Of a stretch of DNA of 64,000 bases, positions 30,214-39,707 are shown one piece after another (within the stretch, counting starts at the first letter, position 1; each line of letters begins with the position of its first letter). The notes beneath the pieces are model-generated. The model had not been told where the DNA came from. It was given only the letters and a program-made list of their open reading frames with translations, and made no database searches. The position numbers and the translations under genes were made by a program. This DNA is from Candidatus Babeliales bacterium (GTDB lineage Bacteria > Babelota > Babeliae > Babelales > Vermiphilaceae): NCBI GenBank assembly GCA_963743635.1, contig CAVUQO010000002.1:530568-594567 (forward strand), in the 5' to 3' direction.

Positions 30214-31530
30214 ATGAAACGTACTTATTTTAGAATTATAGGCCTTACGGCCATATCAATAGCTTCGCAGCACGCGTATGCGATGCAGAATGTAGTGAAG
30301 ACAATGTCGCGATTGATGCCGGTAATAACGGCATCAGCCAGAACAGCCGTCACCCCAACGGTTGCACCAGCGGCACGATTATTTACGGCGCAACCTGCAC
30401 GCTTAGCATCTACGGTTGCATCGCGTAATACATTTGGCTATCAGCCGGTTGAGAATGCAGCGCTTTTTGGAAGATCATTTTCTAGTACCGCAATCAGGCA
30501 TAAACCAGATTTTAGTTCTAAGGATCCCTACAAAGTACTCGATGTAAAACCTGGATCTTCAAAAAAAGAGATTAAAGCAGCTTATTATAAAGCTATGCAA
30601 GAAAATCATCCCGATACAAATAATCATCCCGATGCAAAATCGAACGCTCAGAAACTTAATGATGCCCATGCAAAGCTGACAGAAAAAGATACAGATGATC
30701 AAGGCTTTCAAGCCGAGGGATTTCAAGATGATTTCCAGAAAGCTGCGGCTTATCATCAAACATTCTATCAACCTTCAGCAAACCGCCAAGCGGCAATAGA
30801 TAGATCATTTTCATATGCATATCGTTGTGAACTTCCTGCACATATTTACGGTAATTTCCACGGTAAAGGGCCGCACTTTTTTGAAGGTGGGCGAGTTATA
30901 GCAGTAGGTTTACGCTCTTTTGATCGAGAACCTGTTGATCCAGATCATGTGAGAGGCGAAATTACCTTCCGACAATTTGGTTCAGGGATTCTTGACGGAG
31001 AATATTTAGAGGTTGAATATACCCGCCCAATCACTGCAGAAGATCGCGCAGCGAAAGCAAAAGTTAAAGAAATACTAGAGCGCGAATTGCCTGACATTGA
31101 AAAAAGACGGCTGGCTATTCTTGATAAGTGGGTTGAATATGGCGCATTGGATAACGACTATAATTACTTGTTAAATAAACGCGAAAACAAGTTTGTTGAC
31201 GTAGAAGCGTGTGACTTTAAATTGGGCTTTGGATTTATCTTGTATGATCGATATAACAAATTTGGCACTACGGTAGTGAATAAGGCAGAAAGAGCAAATA
31301 TCATTTTTGGAAATGTAGTTGATCAAGTGACTATAGACGATCTTATATACCATAAACAATGGAAATGTCTTGATCAATACGTCAATAAGAGCATTGTAAA
31401 TGAAAAATGGGATCTTGAAAAAAATCATGAAAATCTCGTGAAAAAGTATGAAGAAGCATTAGCGATTCATAAGCAAAAGCAATATAACAACATGATTGAT
31501 CGCATGATCGGTGATTCAGAGCCGTACTAA
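30214..31530 (+). CDS. Secreted J-domain protein with a mitochondrial-presequence-like segment
   Basis: MKRTYFRII...HAYAM leader; Arg/Ser/Thr/Ala-rich stretch ending GRSFSSTAIRH; DPYKVLDV...EIKAAYYKAMQENHPD. Confidence 0.8.
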   Translation: MKRTYFRIIGLTAISIASQHAYAMQNVVKTMSRLMPVITASARTAVTPTVAPAARLFTAQPARLASTVASRNTFGYQPVENAALFGRSFSSTAIRHKPDFSSKDPYKVLDVKPGSSKKEIKAAYYKAMQENHPDTNNHPDAKSNAQKLNDAHAKLTEKDTDDQGFQAEGFQDDFQKAAAYHQTFYQPSANRQAAIDRSFSYAYRCELPAHIYGNFHGKGPHFFEGGRVIAVGLRSFDREPVDPDHVRGEITFRQFGSGILDGEYLEVEYTRPITAEDRAAKAKVKEILERELPDIEKRRLAILDKWVEYGALDNDYNYLLNKRENKFVDVEACDFKLGFGFILYDRYNKFGTTVVNKAERANIIFGNVVDQVTIDDLIYHKQWKCLDQYVNKSIVNEKWDLEKNHENLVKKYEEALAIHKQKQYNNMIDRMIGDSEPY

Positions 31531-31770
31531 TGTCATTATGAGATTAAGGAAAGGCAGGATTAAACTCCCTGCCTTTTTTTGTGCCTTTTCTATCCGGTCT
31601 CTGACCTTGGGTAAACCTGGGGTGATCTGTGTTTCGGTCAAAATTTAAAAAAAAGCCAATAAAATCGCACAAATCATTGATTTTGGTCATTCCAACTTGA
31701 TACTATTATGGATGAGAAGGGGGATTGATGGTCAATCTCCGATTATTCTATATTTCAAGGTGAGGGACTG

Positions 31771-32091
31771 ATGAAACGTACTTATTTGACTATATTTGCT
31801 GTGGTGGCACTCTGTGCGGGAATGCATCAATTACAGGCAATGCATAGCGAAGAAATGAAGAGGATAAACAGGCGTATAAGTGTGCTAAAATACAAGGGTA
31901 ATACTGAAAGAAATAATATTGAAATGTCTGAATTATATGCGCGAAAAAGAGAACTAGAGCGACTTGACGTGGAGCAAGCTGCGCGAGGGCTCAGACAGAT
32001 GAGGCAGGAGCCACAGGGTAGAGATTCAGACGATGACGAGTTTAGACAGATGCAGCAGGAGCCACAGGGTGCAGATTCAGACGATGAATAG
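31771..32091 (+). CDS. Secreted hypothetical protein, MKRxY-leader family, with an acidic C-terminal tandem repeat
   Basis: MKRTYLTIF...QLQAM; RQMRQEPQGRDSDDDEF / RQMQQEPQGADSDDE. Confidence 0.7.
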   Translation: MKRTYLTIFAVVALCAGMHQLQAMHSEEMKRINRRISVLKYKGNTERNNIEMSELYARKRELERLDVEQAARGLRQMRQEPQGRDSDDDEFRQMQQEPQGADSDDE

Positions 32092-32219
32092 ATACTAGTG
32101 AATCAAATGAACCAAAAGAAGGCAGGATTAAACTCCTGCCTTCTTCTTTTTCTCAAAGTATTGATTATAGGGCTTGATTTGAACTATCCTCATAAAAAAG
32201 ATCGTATAAAGGGGGGACT

Positions 32220-32633
32220 ATGAAAAAGCTTGGGGAAAAAATTGGCTTTTTGGGAATTATGCTCTTATTAATGTCGTATCTGCATGGTGTTGCATATGAT
32301 ATGCAATGCACGGGCATGTTTATCAATAATAAAGTCGATCGTAAAATGCTCATACGTTTTTATAATGAATTTAATGATGAGCAACAGCGCTATGAGAGTT
32401 TGCCCAATGAGCATCGCGAAGTCAGGCTCAAGAATGGCGTTATGCAGCGATTGACGCGCGTGAGTGTTACGATGAGAGATCCAGAGACTGGTAATGATAT
32501 CATGAAGGATCTCGATTATGAGACTAGTCCGAAAAACAAAATTGTTGGTTTAGAAATAATCATGAATCCCGATCTTCAATTGCGATGGCATTATGAGGAT
32601 GAGGATCTTAAGCAAAATCCCTCAACTAAATAA
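32220..32633 (+). CDS. Secreted hypothetical protein
   Basis: RBS aaaggggg; hydrophobic N-terminus. Confidence 0.65.
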   Translation: MKKLGEKIGFLGIMLLLMSYLHGVAYDMQCTGMFINNKVDRKMLIRFYNEFNDEQQRYESLPNEHREVRLKNGVMQRLTRVSVTMRDPETGNDIMKDLDYETSPKNKIVGLEIIMNPDLQLRWHYEDEDLKQNPSTK

Positions 32634-32637
32634 TATT

Positions 32638-33372
32638 TCAGGCAGCTATGCGCTTGAAATATGCCAGAAATTCTTTGTTGCCGGTCGCGCCTTCGATAGG
32701 CGATTCAGTGACGCCGATGCATGAAAAGCCGACGGCTTCTATTCCTTTGGTCACGTGTTCAATCACGCTTTGATGGATAGCGGGATCTTTGATGATGCCC
32801 CCGCGGCCTACTTGTCCTCGTTGTGCTTCAAATTGCGGTTTGATGAGCACAATCATCTGACCATCATCTTTGAGCACGCTCAGGATAGCATCCATAACTT
32901 TCAGCACAGAGATAAAAGAAAGATCGAGTGTTACGAGATCAACTTTCTCACCAATATCACGCACTTCGCGCAAATTAGTGCGTTCTTTTACGATCACGCG
33001 TGGATCGGTACGAATTTTTTCATGAACTTGTCCATAGCCCACATCGATGCCGTATATTTTTTGTGCGCCGCGTTGCAGCAAGCAATCGGCAAAACCGCCA
33101 GTTGAAAGGCCTGCATCGAGGACTATCAAATTGGTCACGTCAATATTGAAATGGTCGAGCGCTTTTTCAAGCTTGAGACCAGCGCGACTGACATATTTTG
33201 GTTCTTCAATGTTGAGCGTTATGCGTGCATCATCTGGAACGAGGATGCCGTTTTTGGTTATAACGGCATCATTAACGATCACTTTTCCTTGCATAATCCA
33301 GCTTTGAATTTGTCGGCGGCTGTATTCTGGATGAAGCTCTAACAGTTTAACATCAAGTCTTTTCTTGCTCAT
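32638..33372 (-). CDS. tlyA: TlyA family rRNA methyltransferase
   Basis: S4-like RLDVKL, YVSRAGLKL, LDAGLSTGGF, DLSFIS, LIKPQFE, GNKEFL. Confidence 0.95.
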   Translation of the reverse strand: MSKKRLDVKLLELHPEYSRRQIQSWIMQGKVIVNDAVITKNGILVPDDARITLNIEEPKYVSRAGLKLEKALDHFNIDVTNLIVLDAGLSTGGFADCLLQRGAQKIYGIDVGYGQVHEKIRTDPRVIVKERTNLREVRDIGEKVDLVTLDLSFISVLKVMDAILSVLKDDGQMIVLIKPQFEAQRGQVGRGGIIKDPAIHQSVIEHVTKGIEAVGFSCIGVTESPIEGATGNKEFLAYFKRIAA

Positions 33373-35036
33373 TATGCCTTTGCGATTTTTAAACTGCGGT
33401 TATGTTGGCTTGCGATAATGTCACGCGACAAATCGGTTAGCTGATAGCGGAAATCTTTTGATAATTGTGGTTCTTCTTGAACTACCTTATCCATAGAGAG
33501 TGCTACGAGAATGTTATCTGAAGTACGTGTCAAGTTGTCAGTAGCGCGAATGGTTAAGAATGTTTCACGAGCACCATTTTTTATCGCTTTTCTGAAATCT
33601 TCAAGCGTATGGACGATGACACCGTTAACTTCATTGATGGTTGCACCAACGGTTAATGCGCGTGAGCGATGCAATTGAGAGTTCGGGAAAATATGTGTAA
33701 TCAAGAGTACCGGTTCAGCACGATTTGAGAGTTCAACATATTTCATTAAACCTGGAACGCTATTTTTCATCACATGAATATGATTAAAGGTGAGTTGCAT
33801 AACGACCATGCCACCAAAGATTTCATAATCTATGTTTTCGTACATTGGATAGACTTCACGAATTGGCGGAAGTTCGGTTTGGCTGAATTTTACAGACACT
33901 TCCTTTTTCTTGCCTTTTCGGTACGCGACGATGGTGACATCTTCGCCAATTGATATGCGCGATACATAGTTTACGAGTGATATCTTATCTTCGCTCCAAG
34001 GCACTTTCATTTCGCCATAAATGTCGATTGCATGTCCATTGATTTCATAGAGCATGTCGCCTTTTTCAATACCCGCTTTAAAGAGAGTGCTATCTTTCAC
34101 CACTTCAACCACGTAGCAGCCGCCCGGTGCCGGGTTGCCAAGATATTGGGTTAATTCGCTGCTGGCATTATTGAAAAGAACGCCTAAGAATGGTTTTCGT
34201 AATAATGTTACTTTATACAGATCAGCTTCTATCGCCTTAAGATCATTGATAGGGATAAAATAGCCAACGTTATTTGCATCAGCAATAATCGCGGTATTGA
34301 TCCCGACGACTTCGCCTCGTTTATTGAGGGTAGGGCCGCCTGAATTGCCGGGATTAAGAGCTGCGCTCATCTGAATCATATTTTGTTCGCGGCCGCTGAT
34401 GACGCCGGTAGTACTTTTGAGGCATTGTTGACCAAGTGGGTATCCGAGTGCCATCACTTCATCAGAGCGGAATACGTTATCTGAATTTCCGAGAGCGAGG
34501 TAAGGGATTTTGCCCAATTTGCTTTTTACTTTTTCATAGCTTTCAGGGGTTAGCTTCATAAGTGCAATATCACGTTCAGGAGAAATGCTCACCATGACCA
34601 CATCGATAATTTCCTTGCCGAGCGAAGGCATTTGAATCCAAATGGCGCGCGCTTGGTTGATGACGTGCGCGTTGGTAATCAGATATCCTTCAGCATTAAT
34701 AAAGAATGCGGTGCCATAGGCAGTGTATTGGTTTGGGGTTTTATACGGCTCTAACGTGTTAATTTCGGCTATTTGGGAAAATACTTGCACAACGGTATCT
34801 CTGACTGCGTCTTGTACCGGGCGCCATACTTCACTTTTACTAACGACCTCTATTGCTTCAGGGGAAAAATCAATATGGGTGCGCATGTCGGCGAGTTGAT
34901 TTTGATCATTACGGATGGCTTCAAGCGCTTTGCGAAGGGATTCTTGTTCTTTGATTATTTCGCGAGAGTTATACCATAAACCAGCGCAAGTGCCGAGTAA
35001 AACTACTATTATTAAACCAGTTTGAGTTATTCTCAT
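33372..35036 (-). CDS. HtrA/Deg-like trypsin serine protease with PDZ domain(s)
   Basis: LITNAHVI, DIALMK, LNPGNSGGP catalytic triad; N-terminal membrane anchor. Confidence 0.9.
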   Translation of the reverse strand: MRITQTGLIIVVLLGTCAGLWYNSREIIKEQESLRKALEAIRNDQNQLADMRTHIDFSPEAIEVVSKSEVWRPVQDAVRDTVVQVFSQIAEINTLEPYKTPNQYTAYGTAFFINAEGYLITNAHVINQARAIWIQMPSLGKEIIDVVMVSISPERDIALMKLTPESYEKVKSKLGKIPYLALGNSDNVFRSDEVMALGYPLGQQCLKSTTGVISGREQNMIQMSAALNPGNSGGPTLNKRGEVVGINTAIIADANNVGYFIPINDLKAIEADLYKVTLLRKPFLGVLFNNASSELTQYLGNPAPGGCYVVEVVKDSTLFKAGIEKGDMLYEINGHAIDIYGEMKVPWSEDKISLVNYVSRISIGEDVTIVAYRKGKKKEVSVKFSQTELPPIREVYPMYENIDYEIFGGMVVMQLTFNHIHVMKNSVPGLMKYVELSNRAEPVLLITHIFPNSQLHRSRALTVGATINEVNGVIVHTLEDFRKAIKNGARETFLTIRATDNLTRTSDNILVALSMDKVVQEEPQLSKDFRYQLTDLSRDIIASQHNRSLKIAKA

Positions 35037-35396
35037 ATTGTTTCCTTTTTCAAGATGAGTGTGGATAAATGATTGCTCAGAGATAGTCTACTGTAATAAA
35101 AAATAAAAACTATTGGCTCTTTTTATGGGCGAACTTCCTAGGCTTTGTGAACCAAATTTAGAGAACCCTGGTTCTTCGTCAGACTCAGAACTAAATGTAA
35201 GCCAATGCGCAATGACTATCGAGAGATTCAGGGCGCGCGGCCCGTTCATGGTGAGCCCTCAGCTCTGATTCTTGGAATAAACATCTTAAAGTTGAAATTT
35301 TGTTCACAGAACCTAGATTTTGAACTTATTGAGTGCTTCAGTTGCAAAAAATGCCGATTCTTATTAGGCTTTATCTGATAAACCCTCATAACACGT

Positions 35397-36722
35397 ATGA
35401 TCAAGGAGCTTTTCATGTCATCGTCGGTAAGTCTAGATACCATTATTTCATTATGTAAGCGTCGCGGCTTTGTATATCAATCGGCGGAAATTTATGGTGG
35501 GCTTAACGGGGTATATGATTTCGGGCCTCTGGGTACTCTTTTAAATCAAAATATTCGTGCGACATGGCGGACATCTTTGGAAAATCCAAAAGGCGAGATC
35601 GTTGAGCTAGAAGGCTCATTGCTTGGGCCTCGCGCTGTTTGGGAAGCATCTGGTCATATTTCAAATTTCAATGATCCGATGGTGGATTGTCTCAACTGTA
35701 ACCATCGTTATCGTGCTGATGATATTGATCTGAATAAGCCGTGCCCGCATTGCGGTCAAAAAAAGTGGAGCGAGGTTCGTCAGTTTAATCTGATGTTCAA
35801 GACGTACTTGGGCGCGGTAGTTGATAATGCATCTGAGGCTTATTTACGCCCAGAAACCGCCCAAACCATTTTTGTGAATTTCAAAAATGTGACTTCAACC
35901 ACGCGCGTTAAAATTCCATTCGGTATTGCGCAAGTTGGTAAAGCGTTCCGCAATGAAATCACACCAAAACAATTTTTATTCCGTGTACGCGAATTCGAAC
36001 AAATGGAAATGGAATGGTTTTGTTCTGCCAAGGATGCAGCAGAAGCATTTGATTTTTGGCGTGCAAAACGCATGGCATATTATGCTGAAATTGGCATATC
36101 AAAAGATAATGTGCGGTTTCATGATCATGGTAAAGATGAACTTGCACACTATTCAGTTGCCTGCACTGACGTTGAATACCAATTCCCTTTTGGTTGGAAA
36201 GAGCTTGAAGGTATTGCACATCGCGGGAATTTCGATCTTTCCCAACACAGTAAATTTTCGGGCAAAGATTTAGCCGTTTATGATGAAGAAACTAAAACAT
36301 CTGAATTGCTGACCGTGATTGAATCGTCAGTTGGCGTTGGACGTTTGTTTTTAGCATTACTCTGCGATGCCTATGCTGAGGATGAAGTTGAAGGTGAAAC
36401 ACGCGTAGTATTAAAATTTCATCCGCGTATTGCACCCATTAAAGCAGCATTTTTCCCACTCAGTAAAAAATTGTCTGAACCCATGGAAGCATTATTTAAA
36501 GCCGTTAAAAAAGAAACTGGCTACATGCTCCAATTTGATGAAACTGGTTCTATTGGTAAACGGTATCGCCGTCAAGATGAAATTGGTACGCCACTTTGTT
36601 TCACCTATGATTTTGAGAGTGAAACGGATAACTGCGTTACCGTTCGGCATCGAGATAGTACGAAACAAGAACGCATTTCTATTGACCAGGTAGCTACATA
36701 TATACGGCAACATATTGGGTGA
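35397..36722 (+). CDS. glyQS: Glycine--tRNA ligase, alpha2 type
   Basis: LCKRRGF...EIYGG, LRPETAQ, GKAFRNEITP, FRVREFEQME, SIGKRYRRQDEIGTP; start may be 35415. Confidence 0.96.
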   Translation: MIKELFMSSSVSLDTIISLCKRRGFVYQSAEIYGGLNGVYDFGPLGTLLNQNIRATWRTSLENPKGEIVELEGSLLGPRAVWEASGHISNFNDPMVDCLNCNHRYRADDIDLNKPCPHCGQKKWSEVRQFNLMFKTYLGAVVDNASEAYLRPETAQTIFVNFKNVTSTTRVKIPFGIAQVGKAFRNEITPKQFLFRVREFEQMEMEWFCSAKDAAEAFDFWRAKRMAYYAEIGISKDNVRFHDHGKDELAHYSVACTDVEYQFPFGWKELEGIAHRGNFDLSQHSKFSGKDLAVYDEETKTSELLTVIESSVGVGRLFLALLCDAYAEDEVEGETRVVLKFHPRIAPIKAAFFPLSKKLSEPMEALFKAVKKETGYMLQFDETGSIGKRYRRQDEIGTPLCFTYDFESETDNCVTVRHRDSTKQERISIDQVATYIRQHIG

Positions 36723-36774
36723 GCCGGTTCAAGGATGTCCATATATCTCTTTAAGCCAACAAATGATATAGTCT

Positions 36775-36950
36775 CCGTTCGCCCTGAGTGTTCTGAGCCG
36801 AATATATATGAAGGCGAAGAATGTATCGAATGGGTATGGAGCAAAATTAATATGCAATATTTCATGTTATATAAAATTATAAGCCAATATATCCCCGACC
36901 CATTCGATACATTTCGATCCTTATGGATCGAAACACTCAGGGCGAACGGG
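36775..36950. repeat. Inverted pair of REP-like elements with an AT-rich spacer
   Basis: Left arm ccgttcgccctgagtgtt-[variable]-aatgtatcgaatgggt; the right arm is its reverse complement with a different internal hairpin. Confidence 0.85.
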
Positions 36951-36993
36951 GAAAATTCCAATTTTATTGCATAGAAATATGGAAGGAAAATAA

Positions 36994-37602
36994 TTGTTTA
37001 CCTACATGAAAAAAATATATGAGTGGATGGGAAAACAGGTTTATTCTCCCTATGCGGGCTACATGCTTTGCATCATGTTCTATTTAGAAGCAATCTTCTT
37101 TTTACCAACCGATCCAATCTTGATGCTCTATTGCCTTGAGCGGCGCGATCGAGCATTGTGGTATGCAACGATCGCGACCATTGGTTCTGTACTTGGCGCC
37201 TTGACGAGTTATGCGCTGGGATACTATCTATGGCAGACGGTGGGCGATGCGATTATTCATCAGTCGTTTTTGAATCGTTTCATTAAGCCGGAAAATTTTA
37301 CTTATCTTTGCACTCAGTATCGCATTCACGATAGTTGGGCGGTGTTGGTTGCCGGATTTATTCCCATAGTTCCTTACAAGGCGGTCACGCTCACGGCAGG
37401 ATTTTGCCAATTATCACTCGTCCCTTTTACCATCTATTCTTGCATTGTGCGCGGGGTGCGATTCTATGCAGTTGCTATTCTCATTTCGATATGGGGCGCC
37501 CAAATTAAGCAATTTATTGACCAGTACTTTAGGCTCTTAGTAGCATTGGTGGTGCTAGTAGTTAGCATTGTCGTATGGATCATACGTTCATCTTATCAAT
37601 AA
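36994..37602 (+). CDS. YqaA/DedA (VTT) family membrane protein
   Basis: LEAIFFLPTDPIL, ATIGSVLGA, AGFIPIVPYKAVTLTAG, RGVRF. Confidence 0.88.
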   Translation: MFTYMKKIYEWMGKQVYSPYAGYMLCIMFYLEAIFFLPTDPILMLYCLERRDRALWYATIATIGSVLGALTSYALGYYLWQTVGDAIIHQSFLNRFIKPENFTYLCTQYRIHDSWAVLVAGFIPIVPYKAVTLTAGFCQLSLVPFTIYSCIVRGVRFYAVAILISIWGAQIKQFIDQYFRLLVALVVLVVSIVVWIIRSSYQ

Positions 37603-37614
37603 AGTAGGGAGTTT

Positions 37615-38958
37615 ATGGGAAAAAAGTTATCGCATTTTGCACCTGGTTTTATTGTATTTTTATCTTTTGCCGTTGTGATTCTTTCGGGCACCCTCGCCTT
37701 AATGCATCCGGCGTGTCGAACACAACCAATATCATTTATTGATTTATTGTTTACCGCAACGTCAGTAACCTGCGTTACGGGTCTTTTTACTGTGCCGATT
37801 GATCAGTTCACCACTCTTGGCCATGGGGTTATATTGGCGCTCATTCAAATTGGGGGCCTTGGGCTTATTACGCTCAGCGTCTTTTTGATTTCGCTTTTGG
37901 GGAATCTTGGGTTGACCACTAAAATGATGGCAGGGCAGTTACTCGATCTTGAGGAATCGAGTAATATACGCGCGATCATTTTATTTATCATTCGGCTGAC
38001 TCTATGCGTTGAGTTAGTTGGTGCGGTTTTGGTCTATTTTGTATTTCGCGAGAATTTCTCTCCCGGATATTCCTGGTTTTTGGCATTCTTCCATTCTGTT
38101 TCATCGTTTTGTAATGCGGGTGTTACCGTTTTTGATTATAGTTTGCTTACGTATAGAACGAATATAACCTTGTTATTAACCACCATGGGCTTGATGCTTT
38201 TTGGTGGTTTTGGTTTTATTACGTGGAAAGAAATTGCACAATATATTCGTTCCTTTTCTAAACGAAAGCGATATGCATTTTCTTTGCACAGCAAGATTAT
38301 ATTGTACGGTTCGGCCGTTATGATTTTGTGGACTACCTTTTTGTTATTAAGCCTTGAAGATAGAGGCGCATTTGCATCAATGAGCACGCCGTTTCGTATT
38401 TTAAATGCATTTTTTGAAGCGGTGTCATTTCGAAGTACTGGTTTTTTAACCATGGCATTAAACACTATGCAGCCGGCAACGGTGCTGTTGGCATTAGGCG
38501 TTTCATTTATCGGTTCATCGCCGCTTTCAACAGGCAGTGGTATCAAAATAACTACGTTCGTGGTCATATTGGCGACGGTACAAGCGGCGCTTGCAGGGCG
38601 CATGATGGTGCGTATCAGTAATCGTGAATTAGTTCCCGTGCAGGTGCACAAGGCATTAGCGATTATAATGGTCAGTCTTTTTTGGGTTATTGCAACGATT
38701 TTTTGTTTAGTAATAACTGAACCTCAAGGCGGGTTCTTCCAGATATTTGTTGAGGCGATTTCCGCATTTACTAACTTGGGACTTTCAGTTGGTTTTACCA
38801 GTCAATTATCAGCAATGGGTAAAATCATTATTATGACGAGCATGCTCATGGGGCGTGTTGGATTTATCACCATGGTGTTAGCCGTACGGCAACTGACAAT
38901 AGGTGAAGAAAAAAGTAGTATCGAATTTTCATATCCCGAAGAACGGGTTATGTTTTAA
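37615..38958 (+). CDS. ktrB: TrkH/KtrB potassium uptake membrane subunit
   Basis: LFTATSVTCVTGL, IQIGGLG, FHSVSSFCNAG, STGSGIKITT, SAFTNLGLS. Confidence 0.9.
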   Translation: MGKKLSHFAPGFIVFLSFAVVILSGTLALMHPACRTQPISFIDLLFTATSVTCVTGLFTVPIDQFTTLGHGVILALIQIGGLGLITLSVFLISLLGNLGLTTKMMAGQLLDLEESSNIRAIILFIIRLTLCVELVGAVLVYFVFRENFSPGYSWFLAFFHSVSSFCNAGVTVFDYSLLTYRTNITLLLTTMGLMLFGGFGFITWKEIAQYIRSFSKRKRYAFSLHSKIILYGSAVMILWTTFLLLSLEDRGAFASMSTPFRILNAFFEAVSFRSTGFLTMALNTMQPATVLLALGVSFIGSSPLSTGSGIKITTFVVILATVQAALAGRMMVRISNRELVPVQVHKALAIIMVSLFWVIATIFCLVITEPQGGFFQIFVEAISAFTNLGLSVGFTSQLSAMGKIIIMTSMLMGRVGFITMVLAVRQLTIGEEKSSIEFSYPEERVMF

Positions 38959-38970
38959 GTTAAAGGGACA

Positions 38971-39621
38971 TTGTGTATGAAGTTTTGTGTTATTGGTCTG
39001 GGAAGATTTGGTGAACAGGTTGCCATTACGCTTGCTGAAAATGGTATGGAAGTTTTGGCAATTGATAGTAATGAAAGCATTGTTGCTTCGATTCGTGATA
39101 GCGTCACGCAGGCTGTCTGTATGCGCGTGAGCGATGAGGTATCATTACGCAGTATTGGCGTTGATGAAATGGACGTTGGTATTGTAGCGATGGGCGAAAA
39201 TTTTGCGCAATCCATTTTGGTAACGATGCTTCTGAAAAAACGCCTTAATCTTCCGACTGTTATTGCACGCGGCATGAATGATATGCACAAAGAAATTTTG
39301 AAATTGATTGGCGCTGATCGCGTTATTTTACCTGAACGAGCAATTGGGATTCGTCTTGCGGATAATTTAAGTTCTCCTTTTGCTGAATTGACTCGTTTGA
39401 CCAAAAATTATTCGGTAAGTCAGATTCGCGCACCGAAATTATTTGTGGGTAAGACAGTTGAAAGTATCAAAATGTATGAAACATATGGTGTTTATTGTAT
39501 AGGGCTGAAGGTTTCAGATGAAAAGATGGTTCCTGTAGATCCAGATCATCTTATCCACGAAGATGATAAATTAATTTTTTCTGGATTGAATGCTGATCTC
39601 GAGCGCGTTGCACAGCTTTAA
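38971..39621 (+). CDS. ktrA: TrkA/KtrA potassium uptake regulatory subunit
   Basis: VIGLGRFG Rossmann motif, LKLIGADRVILPE; adjacent to ktrB. Confidence 0.9.
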   Translation: MCMKFCVIGLGRFGEQVAITLAENGMEVLAIDSNESIVASIRDSVTQAVCMRVSDEVSLRSIGVDEMDVGIVAMGENFAQSILVTMLLKKRLNLPTVIARGMNDMHKEILKLIGADRVILPERAIGIRLADNLSSPFAELTRLTKNYSVSQIRAPKLFVGKTVESIKMYETYGVYCIGLKVSDEKMVPVDPDHLIHEDDKLIFSGLNADLERVAQL

Positions 39622-39707
39622 TTTTTTAATAATTGATCAGATCATTGCAAAATAGTGAGCATCGCTATACAGTTATGTGGAATTTACGAACCTTAAAAGG
39701 AGATTCC

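Noticed and set aside
35060..35068. Perfect DnaA box TGTGGATAA as oriC
   Set aside because: A single box; I found no cluster of boxes nearby.
36735..36974. 79-aa ORF after glyQS
   Set aside because: It coincides with the inverted palindromic repeat pair and shows no protein features.
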